DNA of 64,000 nucleotides from NCBI RefSeq assembly GCF_020745735.1, contig NC_083405.1, positions 98,460,135-98,524,134 of the forward strand, read 5' to 3'. Made by a program: the position numbers and the translations under genes. The first letter of the stretch is position 1. Every line of letters starts with the position of its first letter. The notes under the pieces were generated by a model. The model worked only from the letters and a program-made list of their open reading frames with translations. It had not been told where the DNA came from and made no database searches. The stretch comes from Hemiscyllium ocellatum. Its lineage: Eukaryota. Of this stretch, positions 25,631 to 36,399 are shown piece by piece.

Positions 25631-26339
25631 TGTTGTATCATGGGGTAAACCCTCATGCTTAATTTAAACCAGCAATACAGGAAAGATTTATCCCATGCAG
25701 TAATCTATGAAAACTCAAGTGGTCAAGGACTACTTAAAGTAAAAGTAACAACTTTGTTTCTTAAAGTGTAACAGAGAATAATTAAATAACAATTATTTAC
25801 AACTCCTTCCTCTAACCTATGTTTTACTTTTCCTTCTGTGATACTAGTCTGATAAAACCCCTGAATAAGGTTTACTAAAATTCAAATTTCAAAACCAGCC
25901 AGCTGTCGAATCTTCTCTTATACCTTCCTCTGTCTTCTTTTCTTCTTCTTAGGGAGTTTCGTTTCACAGGTCACTGATCGATAAAGGTACCTTTACGAGA
26001 GCTATTTTCGGGCAGTCTTTTTACATGCTGGTGGTTTGGCAGTTCTCCCTCAACTATTCAATTGTTCTCAGTCTTATACCCCAAAAGCATTGGATTGTGT
26101 CATTGGCTTTTAATATTATTGATTACTAAATTCAACCTGGATTGGAGTTTGGTTTTTTTTGGGTACAATTTAAACTGATTGGCCTAATTCAAATTTGTTT
26201 TTGTCTCCAGGCAACCAGCTACACTAGCTGCTGGACCAAAAGGTTACATTGTATCTTGTTCAGAATACTTGGTACTGTCAGGTGGTTCTGCTATCTTTTA
26301 ACTTTCTTAAAGATACAGTACACTCACATCTTCATAACA
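25631..26339. mobile_element. Solo LTR (Gypsy-like), 709 bp
   Basis: TGTT...AACA termini; 4-bp TSD CAGT at 25627-25630 and 26340-26343; removing it restores a CR1 tail (tagagtgttacagt|gcagaggagtccatttggccc). Confidence 0.85.
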
Positions 26340-26343
26340 CAGT

Positions 26344-26890
26344 GCAGAGGAGTCCATTTGGCCCATCGTACCCTCACTGAGTAGTTAAATAAGCATCATT
26401 ATCGAGTGTAGTCTCCTGCATTTCCCAATATACTTATTTATCCAAATAATTATCCGGTGCCCTCTTGAATGTTTCAATTGAACCTGCCTCTATTACACTT
26501 CCCAGCACTGCAGTCCATACCCTATTTGCTTGCTGAGTGAAAAAGGTTATCCTCACTTCACTCCTGGCTTCTTATGCATGGCACTTTAAATTGATGCCCT
26601 CATATTCTTGTTTGTTTTACAAGCTGAAACAGCGACTCCTTATCTGCTCTATCTAGCCCATTTACGAAAACATCTATCAAATCTCTGCTTAGCCTTCTTC
26701 TCTCCAAGGAGAACAGAACTAAGTTCTTCAATCTCTCCTCATCACAGAATTTCCTCATTTCTAGTGCTATTCTCGAAAATTGAGTCAGCACTCTGTGTGT
26801 TGTGTTCATGTCCTTCCCATGACCTAACACCCACAACTGTACACAATACTCAGCTTGGTGTCTTTTACAAGTTCAACGTAACCTCTCCAG
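26344..26890 (-). mobile_element. Decayed CR1 3' fragment (tail begins at ~25617)
   Basis: EERLKNLVLFSLERRRLSRDLI in ORF 26600-26836. Confidence 0.8.
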
Positions 26891-27730
26891 CCTACATTAA
26901 ATAGTTCCCCTTAATAAACACCACATCACCTTATTTTAATGTAACAATATCCTTACCTATTTAATTTAGCTCAGACGATGCATCTTTCTCAAACAGCTTT
27001 TCTTTTCAACCAGTAGATCCTCGTATCTTTGTTGAGTCATGTTAGACTAAATCTTTGCAAAGAGTTGCTAAATATCTCCATAAAAGTTTGCCAGAACAAT
27101 TCTATTTTTCTTTTATAACCTAATTTCCAAATTCACCTTAGCCAGCTTTGTGTTCAAACCCTAGAATTTGAGAGCTAGTGAAGAATTTCCTCAAATTTCT
27201 TTCTAAATTGACCAATTTTCTGTTGCGGTTTGACTCTCAGGAGATGTGTATCTGAGCTGGGTGATGTGGGAGGATGAATCAAATATTCATTTAATTGACA
27301 CCTTTTCTGGATACTGCCTGGCTGCATGGACCAGCTGGTCTTTTCCTGTCACTTTCTGTACATTTTCTGTTCAACAGTGTAAATGAAGTCAGGCTCTTCA
27401 ACCTGTTCCAGTAGCTCAGAGGTCTTATAAACTAAGGGCAGACTTTCAGTTTGACATTGGGCATTAAAGTGAACTTCACCTGCACTCAGAGATGGGTCAC
27501 TTTCTCTCACTTGATCACACAGTACTCAGCATATTACATTTCCATACACAAGTAGCTTGGCAAATTTTGTGGAGGGGTGTGCAGTATTCCCCACCTGTGC
27601 TGACACCTTCAGCAATTGAAGATCCTGGTGCCATCTTTCCAGGGTACCCATACCTTGCCAGTCAGAAGCATCACTTGTGTTCTTGTTCTGAACATGTTCT
27701 GGCCCTTCCACCCTGCATCCCTCAACCAAG

Positions 27731-27904
27731 TTAAAAATCACCAGGTCATAGTCCAACAGGTTTATTTGGAAGTACAAGCTATCGGAGTGCTGCTCCTTTG
27801 TCAGGTCACTAGCTTGCACTTCCAAATAAACCTGTTGGACTATAACCTGGTGGTGTGTGATTTTTAACTTTGTTCACATCAGTCCAACACCGGCACCTCC
27901 ACAT
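27731..27904. mobile_element. Short family A pLTR fold-back insertion
   Basis: atagtccaacaggtttatttggaagt / acttccaaataaacctgttggactat inverted arms; TSD catccct(c/t)aaccaag at 27716-27730 and 27905-27919. Confidence 0.88.
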
Positions 27905-27939
27905 CATCCCTTAACCAAGACAGACTTCCAGAATAATTC

Positions 27940-28850
27940 TGCAAAGATGAGTGACAGGCCAGAAGGTTATACTGAATATAAAGAACAATTGAGATTAACT
28001 AAAAGATTAAGAAGAAAGGGGAATTTAAAATACAAGAGAAAGCCAGCTAAAATTATAAAAAGATAATAGTCAGTTTCTTTGGGTAACTGAAAAGGAAGTG
28101 AGTTTTGGCCCTTTGGAGAGTTAATAATGGAAAATAGGGAAGTGGTAGATATATTGAATAGATATTTTACAACTATTCTCACTTCTCAAGAGAAGTAACA
28201 TCCAGAAATAATTGTATATCAGCAAAAAACTTAAATCAAGGACACTGAGACAACTGTTATAATTAAAATCTCTTAAATCTCCTGGTCCTGCTGGATTTCA
28301 TAGAGATGCCAGAAGAGTAACTATGGAGATAGGAGATGGATTGGTTTTAATTTTCCAAATTTCCCCAAATTCTAGAAAGGTCCCATCAGATTGAAAATAT
28401 CAAAAAGGGAAAGGGAAAATAAAAAACAATAAGCCAGGTAGTCTACCAAAACTCAGCAAAAATACTAGGAGCTATTAGTTCAAAGATTATAGTACTGCAC
28501 TTAGAAGATCTTAAGGCACCAGGCAAGGTCGGCATGATTTTATGGAAAAGAAATTTTTTTTTGACTTATTTATGAGAGTTCTTTCAGGAAGTAACAATAT
28601 AGTTAAGAAGAACTGTTGGAGGTGTTGTTCTCAAGTTTCTAGAATGGATAAAACAAAGTGCCACATCAACTATTAGTGTGGAAAATATGAACTCAGTGTT
28701 ATGGGCAACACACTTGCATAGATAGTGGATTAGTTTGTTAATGTGGATGTAAATAGGTAGTTTTTGAATTGACAGAATGTGACAAGGGGTGTCCCAATTG
28801 TATCAGTATTGGAACCTCAGTTATTTACAATTTATCTCAATGTCTTGGAT
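27940..28850 (+). mobile_element. Heavily decayed CR1 RT fragment
   Basis: Remnants aaatctcctggtcctgctgga, aaagtgccacatc, ggggtgtcccaattgtatcagtattggaacc. Confidence 0.65.
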
Positions 28851-28859
28851 TTGAGCCGG

Positions 28860-29660
28860 AACTGCTGAGTGGATGATTCATCCCAGCCTCCTGTGGACCA
28901 CAGCATCATAATACCAGTCTTCAGTCAATTCAATTCACTCCGTGTAATATCAAGAATGTTTGAAGGCACTGAATAGTTCAAAGACTTCAGGCCCTGGCAA
29001 CATTCTGGCGATAGTACTAAAGCTCCAGAATTTGCCACTCCTCTAGCCAAGTTCTTCCAGTACAGCTACAGCACTGGCAGCTACCTGACAGGGTGGAAAA
29101 TTGCCCAGTATGTCCTATACACAGTAAGTAAGACAAATCCAACCCAGCCAATTACTACCCATCAGTCTACTCTTGTTCATCAGTAAAGTGAAGGAAGGTG
29201 TCATCAATAGTGCAATCAAGCAGCACTTGCTGAGTAATAAGCTACTCAGTGACTCCCAGTTTGGATACCACCACAGTCATTCACTTCCTGACCTCATTAC
29301 TGCATTGGTTCAAACATGAGGAGAAGAACTGAATTCCAGAAGTCAGGTGGTAGTCCTCAACATCAAGGCTGCATTTCATTGAGTGTGACATCAAGAAGCC
29401 CTAGCAAAATTGTAATCAGTGAGTATCAGGGACAAACTGTTTGCTGGTTGGAGTCATACCTGGCACATAGTAAGAGGGTCATGGTTATTGGAGGTCAGTC
29501 ATCTTAGCTCCAGGATAGCTCTGCAGGAGTTCCTCAGGATAGTGTCCTAGGTCCAATCATCTTCAGCTGCTTCATCAATGACCTTCCCTCCATCATAAGG
29601 ACAAAAGTGGGGATGTTTGCTGATGATTGCACAACGTTCAGCACCATTCACAACTTTCCA
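28860..29660 (+). mobile_element. Old CR1-group LINE RT fragment
   Basis: AGVPQDSVLGPIIFSCFINDLPSIIRTKVGMFADDC. Confidence 0.85.
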
Positions 29661-29814
29661 GAAACAGAAAAAACTCAAAAACGACATTATATTAATATTC
29701 AGTGCCAGTCATTTAACATTCATAATGTACATGGTAAATTTTATCTTGTGACAATATATTGCATTCTGCCACAGTTCAGAGAATTAGCAATCCTTTGTGT
29801 TTTTTCTTATCCAG

Positions 29815-29886
29815 AATTTCTACATTGCAAAGAAGAAAGCAGAAGGGAAGAATATGAAAGAGAAAAACAAAGAGGCTTTACTTGAG
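29815..29886 (+). CDS. APBB1IP: APBB1IP exon, RA-PH linker (NFYIAKKKAEGKNMKEKNKEALLE)
   Basis: tttttcttatccAG acceptor, GAG|GTgagt donor, 72 nt phase 0-0; matches RIAM NFY...KNKESLLE. Confidence 0.93.
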
Positions 29887-29969
29887 GTGAGTAAATGCTT
29901 CATACACTTAACAACAATCCGGTATTTTATTTGAAGCACATCAATTTATAGCACAAACAATCATACTGA

Positions 29970-32290
29970 GAATTCACATCAAAGGCAAGTGGACCATCTT
30001 CAGTGTGACTGGAGAGATAGGGAGGGTGAGGTTGCAGAGTGAGGTTGGCGTGTCTTGAAAGGAGATTTCTGAGGCACCTATGTGTGGTTTCTCCTCTGGC
30101 TGAGTGTCCCCTGGCAACACCCTATATCCCTGTGAGTAAGAGGCACCTGGAGTGAGTGTGAGTGTTTTCCATTCTCCTCTTGCCATGCCTTTGGTCCTGT
30201 ATATCTTCTTCACGTGTGCATCTCTCCAGAAGACGCTGAGGGTGCTGGACCTGGATCTCCTTGGAAGCAGTCAATCTATTCACGGAGCAACCAGACAGTC
30301 ATATGAGCAATGAGGACCAATGTGTCCTACATACCTGTCCACTCTTACTCCTCCCTGAGCAATGTGGAAAATGTTGCTGATTGCCACCACCAAAAGGTCC
30401 TCTCCTGCATGGGGCTGAGCCATTGCCTGGTCTCTGGCAGTCCTTTGAGTGCCAGCAGCCTGGGCCACATCATCCTTGGATGATTGTGGCACTGTCACAG
30501 TGAGGTGCTCATCAGAGTGTACTCCCAAACATTCTAAACCTTAGGCTCCCCCAGAAATGTCTGTATCTGTAAACTGCTGGGATTACAGGAGGCAACTCTT
30601 ATCCTCAGTGTTGTTCTGGTGGGAATGGGCTGTTTATCTGCTGGGGTCATGGATACCTGGCTGGCAAAACACAAAGGAGAGAAGGCATAGTAGTTAGAAG
30701 TGGTTTGTGATGATTGACGCTAGCAGCAAGGCTAATGTGAGAATTGAAGTGGAGTGAAGAACAATATCTAGTCAGTTGGCAGGGCACCAATGACTGTAGA
30801 TGCTGGAAACCAGATTTTGGATCAATGGTGCTGGAAGAGCACAGTAGTTCAGGCAGCATCCAAGGAGCAGCGAAATCGACGTTTTGGGAAAAAAGCCCTT
30901 CATCGGGAATAAAGGCAGAGAGCCTGAAGCGTGGAGAGATAAGCTAGAGGAGGGTGGGGGTGGGAAGAAAGTAGCATAGAGTACAATGGGCGAGTGGGGG
31001 AGGGGATGAAGGTGATAGGTCAGGGAGGAGAGGGTGGAGTGGATAGGTGGAAAAGGAGATAGGTAGGTAGAACAAGTCTGGACAAGTCATGGGAACAGTG
31101 CTGAGCTGGAAGTTTGGAACTAGGGTGAGGTGGGGGAAGGAGAAATGAGGAAACTGTTGAAGTCCACATTGATGCCCTGGGGTTGAAGTGTTCCGAGGCG
31201 GAAGATGAGGCGTTCTTCCTTCAGGCGTCTGGTGGTGAGGGAGCAGCGGTGAAGGAGGCCCAAGACCTCCATGTCCTCGGCAGAGTGGGAGGGGGAGTTG
31301 AAATGTTGGGCCACGGGGTGGTTTGGTTGATTGGTGCGGGTATCTCGGAGATGTTCCCTAAAGCGCTCTGCTAGGAGGCGCCCAGTCTCCCCAATGTAGA
31401 GGAGACCGCATCAGGAGCAACGGATACAATAAATGATATTAGTGGATGTGCAGGTAAAACTTTGATGGATGTGGAAGGGTCCTTTAGGGCCTTGGATAGA
31501 GCTGAGGGAGGAGGTGTGGGCACAGGTTTTACAGTTCCTGCCGTGGCAGGGGAAAGTGCCAGGATGGGAGGGTGGGTTGTAGGGGGGCGTGGAGCTGATG
31601 CCTTGGTGCCTCTGTGGGAGCAGTCCTGATTTGTTTCCTTCAAGGGACAGAACTCTCTCCTCATTGTGGGTGAGGAGCCTAAGGTCTAGTATCCTCCCAC
31701 CTGTCTGATCACTGTCTGCCCTCTTATGTGTTGTCTTCTCCTGGACTGAGAGAAAGGAAGCTATTGAGTGTGGTGAAAATGGCTGGCTCAGCTTTTAGTG
31801 CTGGTGCAGCTCGTCAAAAGGTGGTGAGGTGTTGCGGATAAGTGAATGGAAATGCAGATGCCATGCAGGATTAGAAGTATATAAGATTGGGGGTGTTGAC
31901 AGCATGTAAGGGAGAAGATGTTGTACAGCCTTGGTGGAATGTGGCTACAGTAGCAGAGATAAAGTGAGTGTGCGATATTGGAAAGAAACTTAGCAGAGGA
32001 GAGGTCATTGGCATTATTATGGCATTGCTGACCATTCCTCCAAAATACAGAGACCACGCTGACCTGGGTGGTGATCTCCGACCAGGCTGCCGGATTCTGG
32101 TGTCCCGGTCTTCTCTGCTGGTCATCTGCATCACCTCAACCATCAGGACCTTCAGGGCCCTGGTCAGAGAATTGTGGCATCTCCGACATCTTCAGAGTGA
32201 CAGTTGTCACTGAGCAGGGAGCAGCTTTGGAAAACCAGTACTTCTCCAAGCACACAATGGCCCTTTAAATATGGTACCAGAACCAGGAAT
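29970..32290 (-). pseudogene. Decayed PIF/Harbinger-type Myb/SANT-like gene (transposon ORF2 remnant), interrupted by a Penelope element
   Basis: Minus strand 32190-31995 reads PQFSD/RALKVLMVEV...AAWSEITTQVSVVSVFWRNGQQCHNNANDL; after a tctctcagtccAG acceptor, 31740-31640 reads EKTTHKRADSDQTGGRILDLRLLTHNEERVL. Confidence 0.65.
30790..31595 (-). mobile_element. Penelope-like element (family B), 5'-truncated: Cys-linker, GIY-YIG, pLTR
   Basis: PGTFP...NCKTCAHT...FTCTSTNIIYCIRC..CGLLYIGETGR...AQHFNSPSHS...EERLIFRLGTLQPQGINVDF. Confidence 0.92.
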
Positions 32291-34037
32291 GCTGATCTTT
32301 GGGTAGATATCCATTGTGTGAGAAGCTATTCTGGGAATGATGTATGGTAAGATGGGGATAGAATCAACTGAGAGAGATGCCATAAGGGTGAGGCAGGTGA
32401 TGAATGAGGTGAGGTTGGTAAGGTATGGTGAGACATTTCACTAGGCCCTCACAGCAAAAAAAACTCCAAACAAAATGACACAACTCGCACTCAGCCAATA
32501 AATCATAAGGCTCAGGCCATAATAGAATCTAAACTAAAAGAACACCAGATAAATGAGTAAAGCATTGCAGATTATTTAGCATATGACATGTTTTATAATG
32601 AAGGCCCAGCATCATTAATGGATTTAAATACAGATATATTATTGCTTCCCTTTCAACTGTTTGGGACTAGATTTTGATCAATCTGTATTTAAGAATAAAA
32701 TTCCAAACAGGTGTTGGGCTGTTTTGCACAAAACATAACACTATGAACAGTTCTGAAGAAGGGTCACTCTTTGATTTGTTTCCTTAGTAGGTCAATGAAT
32801 GTTGAAGGAGAGCTTTTCATTCTCAGTGCTGTCCCCTACATAGAGACATTCCAGACTCAATGGTGTCTAATGTGGCTTTACTTGTGAATGAGTATCATTT
32901 ATCTGCACTTGTACATTAAATTTGCAACGTATGCAATATTGATTGTAATATAAATCATTGAGCCATTTCAAAAACGCACTGACGAAAACCAAGAAAGTGT
33001 ACTTTGAACATTCAACTGTGGGTAATATGGAACTAAGGAATAATTAAAGTCAGTTATTAGATATTACAGATAATCAGCTGTAAAAGTCCATTCTTGTGAG
33101 GCTTCCCAATACTTTAACAAGATCAGTTCCTCCCATGTTTTCCTAAAAATACTATTGCCTTTCCTGCTGGAGTTGCTGCTATGGCAAAACTACTTATTCA
33201 ACAGTTAAGCAATATGGGACTTCTTGTGGTTGTGAAAGGTGCAACATAAAAGTTCATTCTTTCTTTTATGTGTGTGATTAGCAAAGTAAAGTTCCAGATT
33301 ACAGTGTACAGCTGTCAAGCTTTTCATAAGCCAACAGGACAGAATGAATATATAATAAGCTAGGGTTGAATAGCAAGCTTTAAAATAAGCAGTCGGTTAA
33401 ATAATGCTTTCCCTTGTTGAAGTATACTATAAACCTTGACTGTAATCTGTTTTAAATCCTTTATTTCACACAATAACAAAGATGATTCCATCGTGTGATT
33501 TTTTTAAACCTAAAAATAGGCCTATAATTCATAACATAATCTATTTTAATTAGCATTGTGATACTGTGACATCAGCATGACACTGAAAAGATAGTTCCCT
33601 CAACATGGTCAATGAGGAATTAACCATAATCCAGAAAGAACCATGGGCATCTCTCTCCATTAGAAAGAGAGAAAGATTATATATCTATATATCTTCAATG
33701 TCCTAACAATTTCACTAGTCCAAAGACTCTAAGATTAATTTTGTCCTGATGAATTTGGCACAACTAAAATTTCAGCCTGAAATCTTCCTGGTTCAGAAGT
33801 AGCACAAAACATATCCTATTAAGTTAGCTTAGAGTTTTCAATTTCAGGTATTTCAGTTCCCGATTGTATCATTTTGATAAATGTGATTGCTCAGTTCCCC
33901 AGAGAATTATAGCATATTAGTTTATCCTACTTTGAGCATCTGACACACCTGTAACTCATGTTTATTAGTTTTATTAGAACATACTTTCGAAGTTTAATGT
34001 TTCCCATCACATAAACTAAATTTATGTGTGCACACAG

Positions 34038-34181
34038 GAATGTTTCTGTGGAACATCAGTCATTGTACCAGAGCTTGAAGGAGCCCTCTGTGTAAAAGAA
34101 GATGGAAAGAAGTCATGGAAACGTCGATACTTTCTCCTTCGAGCTTCAGGGATTTATTATGTTCCTAAAGGAAAAACTAAG
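34038..34181 (+). CDS. APBB1IP: APBB1IP exon, PH domain start (ECFCGTSVIVPELEGALCVKEDGKKSWKRRYFLLRASGIYYVPKGKTK)
   Basis: cacAG acceptor, AAG|GTcaga donor, 144 nt; MRL-family PH signature KEDGKKSWKRRYFLLRASGIYY. Confidence 0.97.
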
Positions 34182-34854
34182 GTCAGAAATTGTAAAGATG
34201 CATTTTTTGCCAAAAGAATATTCATGAGATTTAAGCTAAAGTAGAGCTTAAACAAATAGCTGAAATCATCGTTCAGGGCTCAAAGGTACCCATAGCCAAA
34301 ATGAAAAACAGTAAAAGATTGACAGCATGCACTTCTCTAGCAAGGAAGGGCTGGTGCTTCATCAGTCCTAATAAAAGAAAGCATTACAGATGTTTATAAT
34401 CCACCTTAGTGACAGTAGCACATCCCGCAGAGAGCTTAAATGCATCCATTAATCAACATTGTGACTTCTAGTCACTTACAATGTTGTTTTTCTTTTCTTC
34501 TGTAATGGGATGTGAACATAAGCAGCAAGGTCGGCATTTGTTATCCATTGTTGATTGTTATTCATTTGTTATCCATTCTTGAACAGTGCAGTTAATTTGG
34601 TGTAGGAATATTGACGATACAGATAGGGAATTTCAGGATCTTCAGCCAGTGACAATAAAAAAAACAGTGACTAGTCCAGACATGGCCTGCAGGAGTACTT
34701 GCATATGGTGGTCTTCTCATGCGTCTATTGTCTTCTCCTCTACCTAGTCACAGTCATGGCTCGGAAGATGTAAATGGGTTTGTGAAGAATTCATCTATTG
34801 AGAATTTTGATCAAATCTGAAAACATGCTCTAAATGATTTGACTTTTTCAACAG

Positions 34855-34965
34855 ACATCTCGTGATCTGGTTTGTTTCATCCAGTTTGAGAATGTCAATA
34901 TTTACTATGGAATGAATTACAAGGCGAAATACAAAGCACCAACTGATCACTGCTTTGTACTGAAG
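34855..34965 (+). CDS. APBB1IP: APBB1IP exon, PH domain (TSRDLVCFIQFENVNIYYGMNYKAKYKAPTDHCFVLK)
   Basis: tttttcaacAG acceptor, AAG|GTaaac donor, 111 nt in frame. Confidence 0.96.
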
Positions 34966-35274
34966 GTAAACACAGTAATTATATTTAAAACATTAGCTGC
35001 TTTTATCTTTCTAATTTTAAGAACTGTTTTATCAGTTTCACAGAAATTTGGAAGCATTAAACATGCAATTGCAAACTGTATACATCAACTGTGATACTAA
35101 ATCAAGATAGAGGGGATAAGATCATTTCACAGCCATAGCACTGTTGCAATGCATGATTCCTCTGACTGAGAAATTCTTGAGGCTGACAATTGGCACAATA
35201 AGTAGAAGCATGTTCCTTACTTGTAAGTGTGTAGATACTAGAAATAATTGGCGATGCATTGATTCTGCTTGCAA

Positions 35275-36355
35275 TTAAAGCAAAATGCTCAAAAGTAATA
35301 ATCTCTGGATTACACCCAGTTCCACGTGCGAGTGAGAGTAGGAGTAGTAGGAGTAGGAGTAGGAGTAGGATAGTACAGATGAATGTATGGCTGATGCAAG
35401 GGGCAGGGATTCAGACGTTTGGATCATTGGGATTTGTTCTGGGACAGAAGTGACCTGTACAAGAGGGATAGGTTACTCCTGAACTGGAAGGGAACCTATA
35501 TTGTGGCAGAGACATTTGCGAGGACTCCTCAGGAAGCTTTAGTTTCGTCTGGCAGGGGGAGTGGGAGGCCAAGCAGTAGTGAGACAAGAGCAAAGGTTCA
35601 ATCTGGTCCATAAGTTAAAGATAGCAATTAAATAGACAAGGAAGGCAAGAGCATGGTAGAAAAAAGGAAAGACTGATGAATTAAAATGCATTTATTTCAA
35701 TGCCTGAGGCCTGATAGGTCAGGCAGATGGACTCAGGACATGATGGGAACATGGGACTCGTTTATCATAGCTATTACAGAAACATGGCTGAGGGAGGGAC
35801 AGGACTGGCAGCTCAATGTTATGGCGTATAGCTGCTGTAGGAAGAATACAAAGGGAGGCAAAACAGATGGGAGAGTGGTGTTTTTGATTAGGGAAAACAT
35901 CATGATGTACTTAGAGAGACAATATTCCTAGAGGCTCATCCACTGAATCTATATGGGTGCAACTGAGAAATTAGAAAGAGGTAACTATTTTGATGGGATT
36001 GTACAATAGGCTGTCCAAAGATCAGCAGGAAATTGAGTGGCAAATATGTCGGGAGTTTGCAGATAGCTGTAAGAATAATAGGGTGTAATAATGGGGGATT
36101 TTAACTTTCCAAACATAGACTGGGGCTGCCATAGTGTTAAGGGCTTAGACTGGGAGGGATTTATTAAGGGTGTTCAAGAAAATTTTCTCAATATGTAGAT
36201 CATGAGTGAAGGGGCAAAACTTGACCTCCTTTTGGGAAATAAGGCAGGGCAAATGATTGAGGTAATAGTTAGAGAGCAGTCTGGGACCAGTGACCATAAT
36301 TATATTAGTTTTACATTAGTTATGGAAAAGGATAAGCCTGGTCCAATTGGGGCAA
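35275..36355 (+). mobile_element. CR1 fragment (ORF1 esterase end plus APE endonuclease)
   Basis: KVIISGLHPVPRAS...DHWDLFW..DLYKRDRLLLNWKGT; IAITETW; MGDFNFP; DLLLGN; SDHN. Confidence 0.88.
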
Positions 36356-36399
36356 GATCAATTTTAATGTTATTATACAGGAACTTTATATTATACCTG

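Noticed and set aside
32753-32770. ctgaagaagggtcact hammerhead-like fragment
   Set aside because: Only the 5' half of a core; there is no closing stem II or GAAA.
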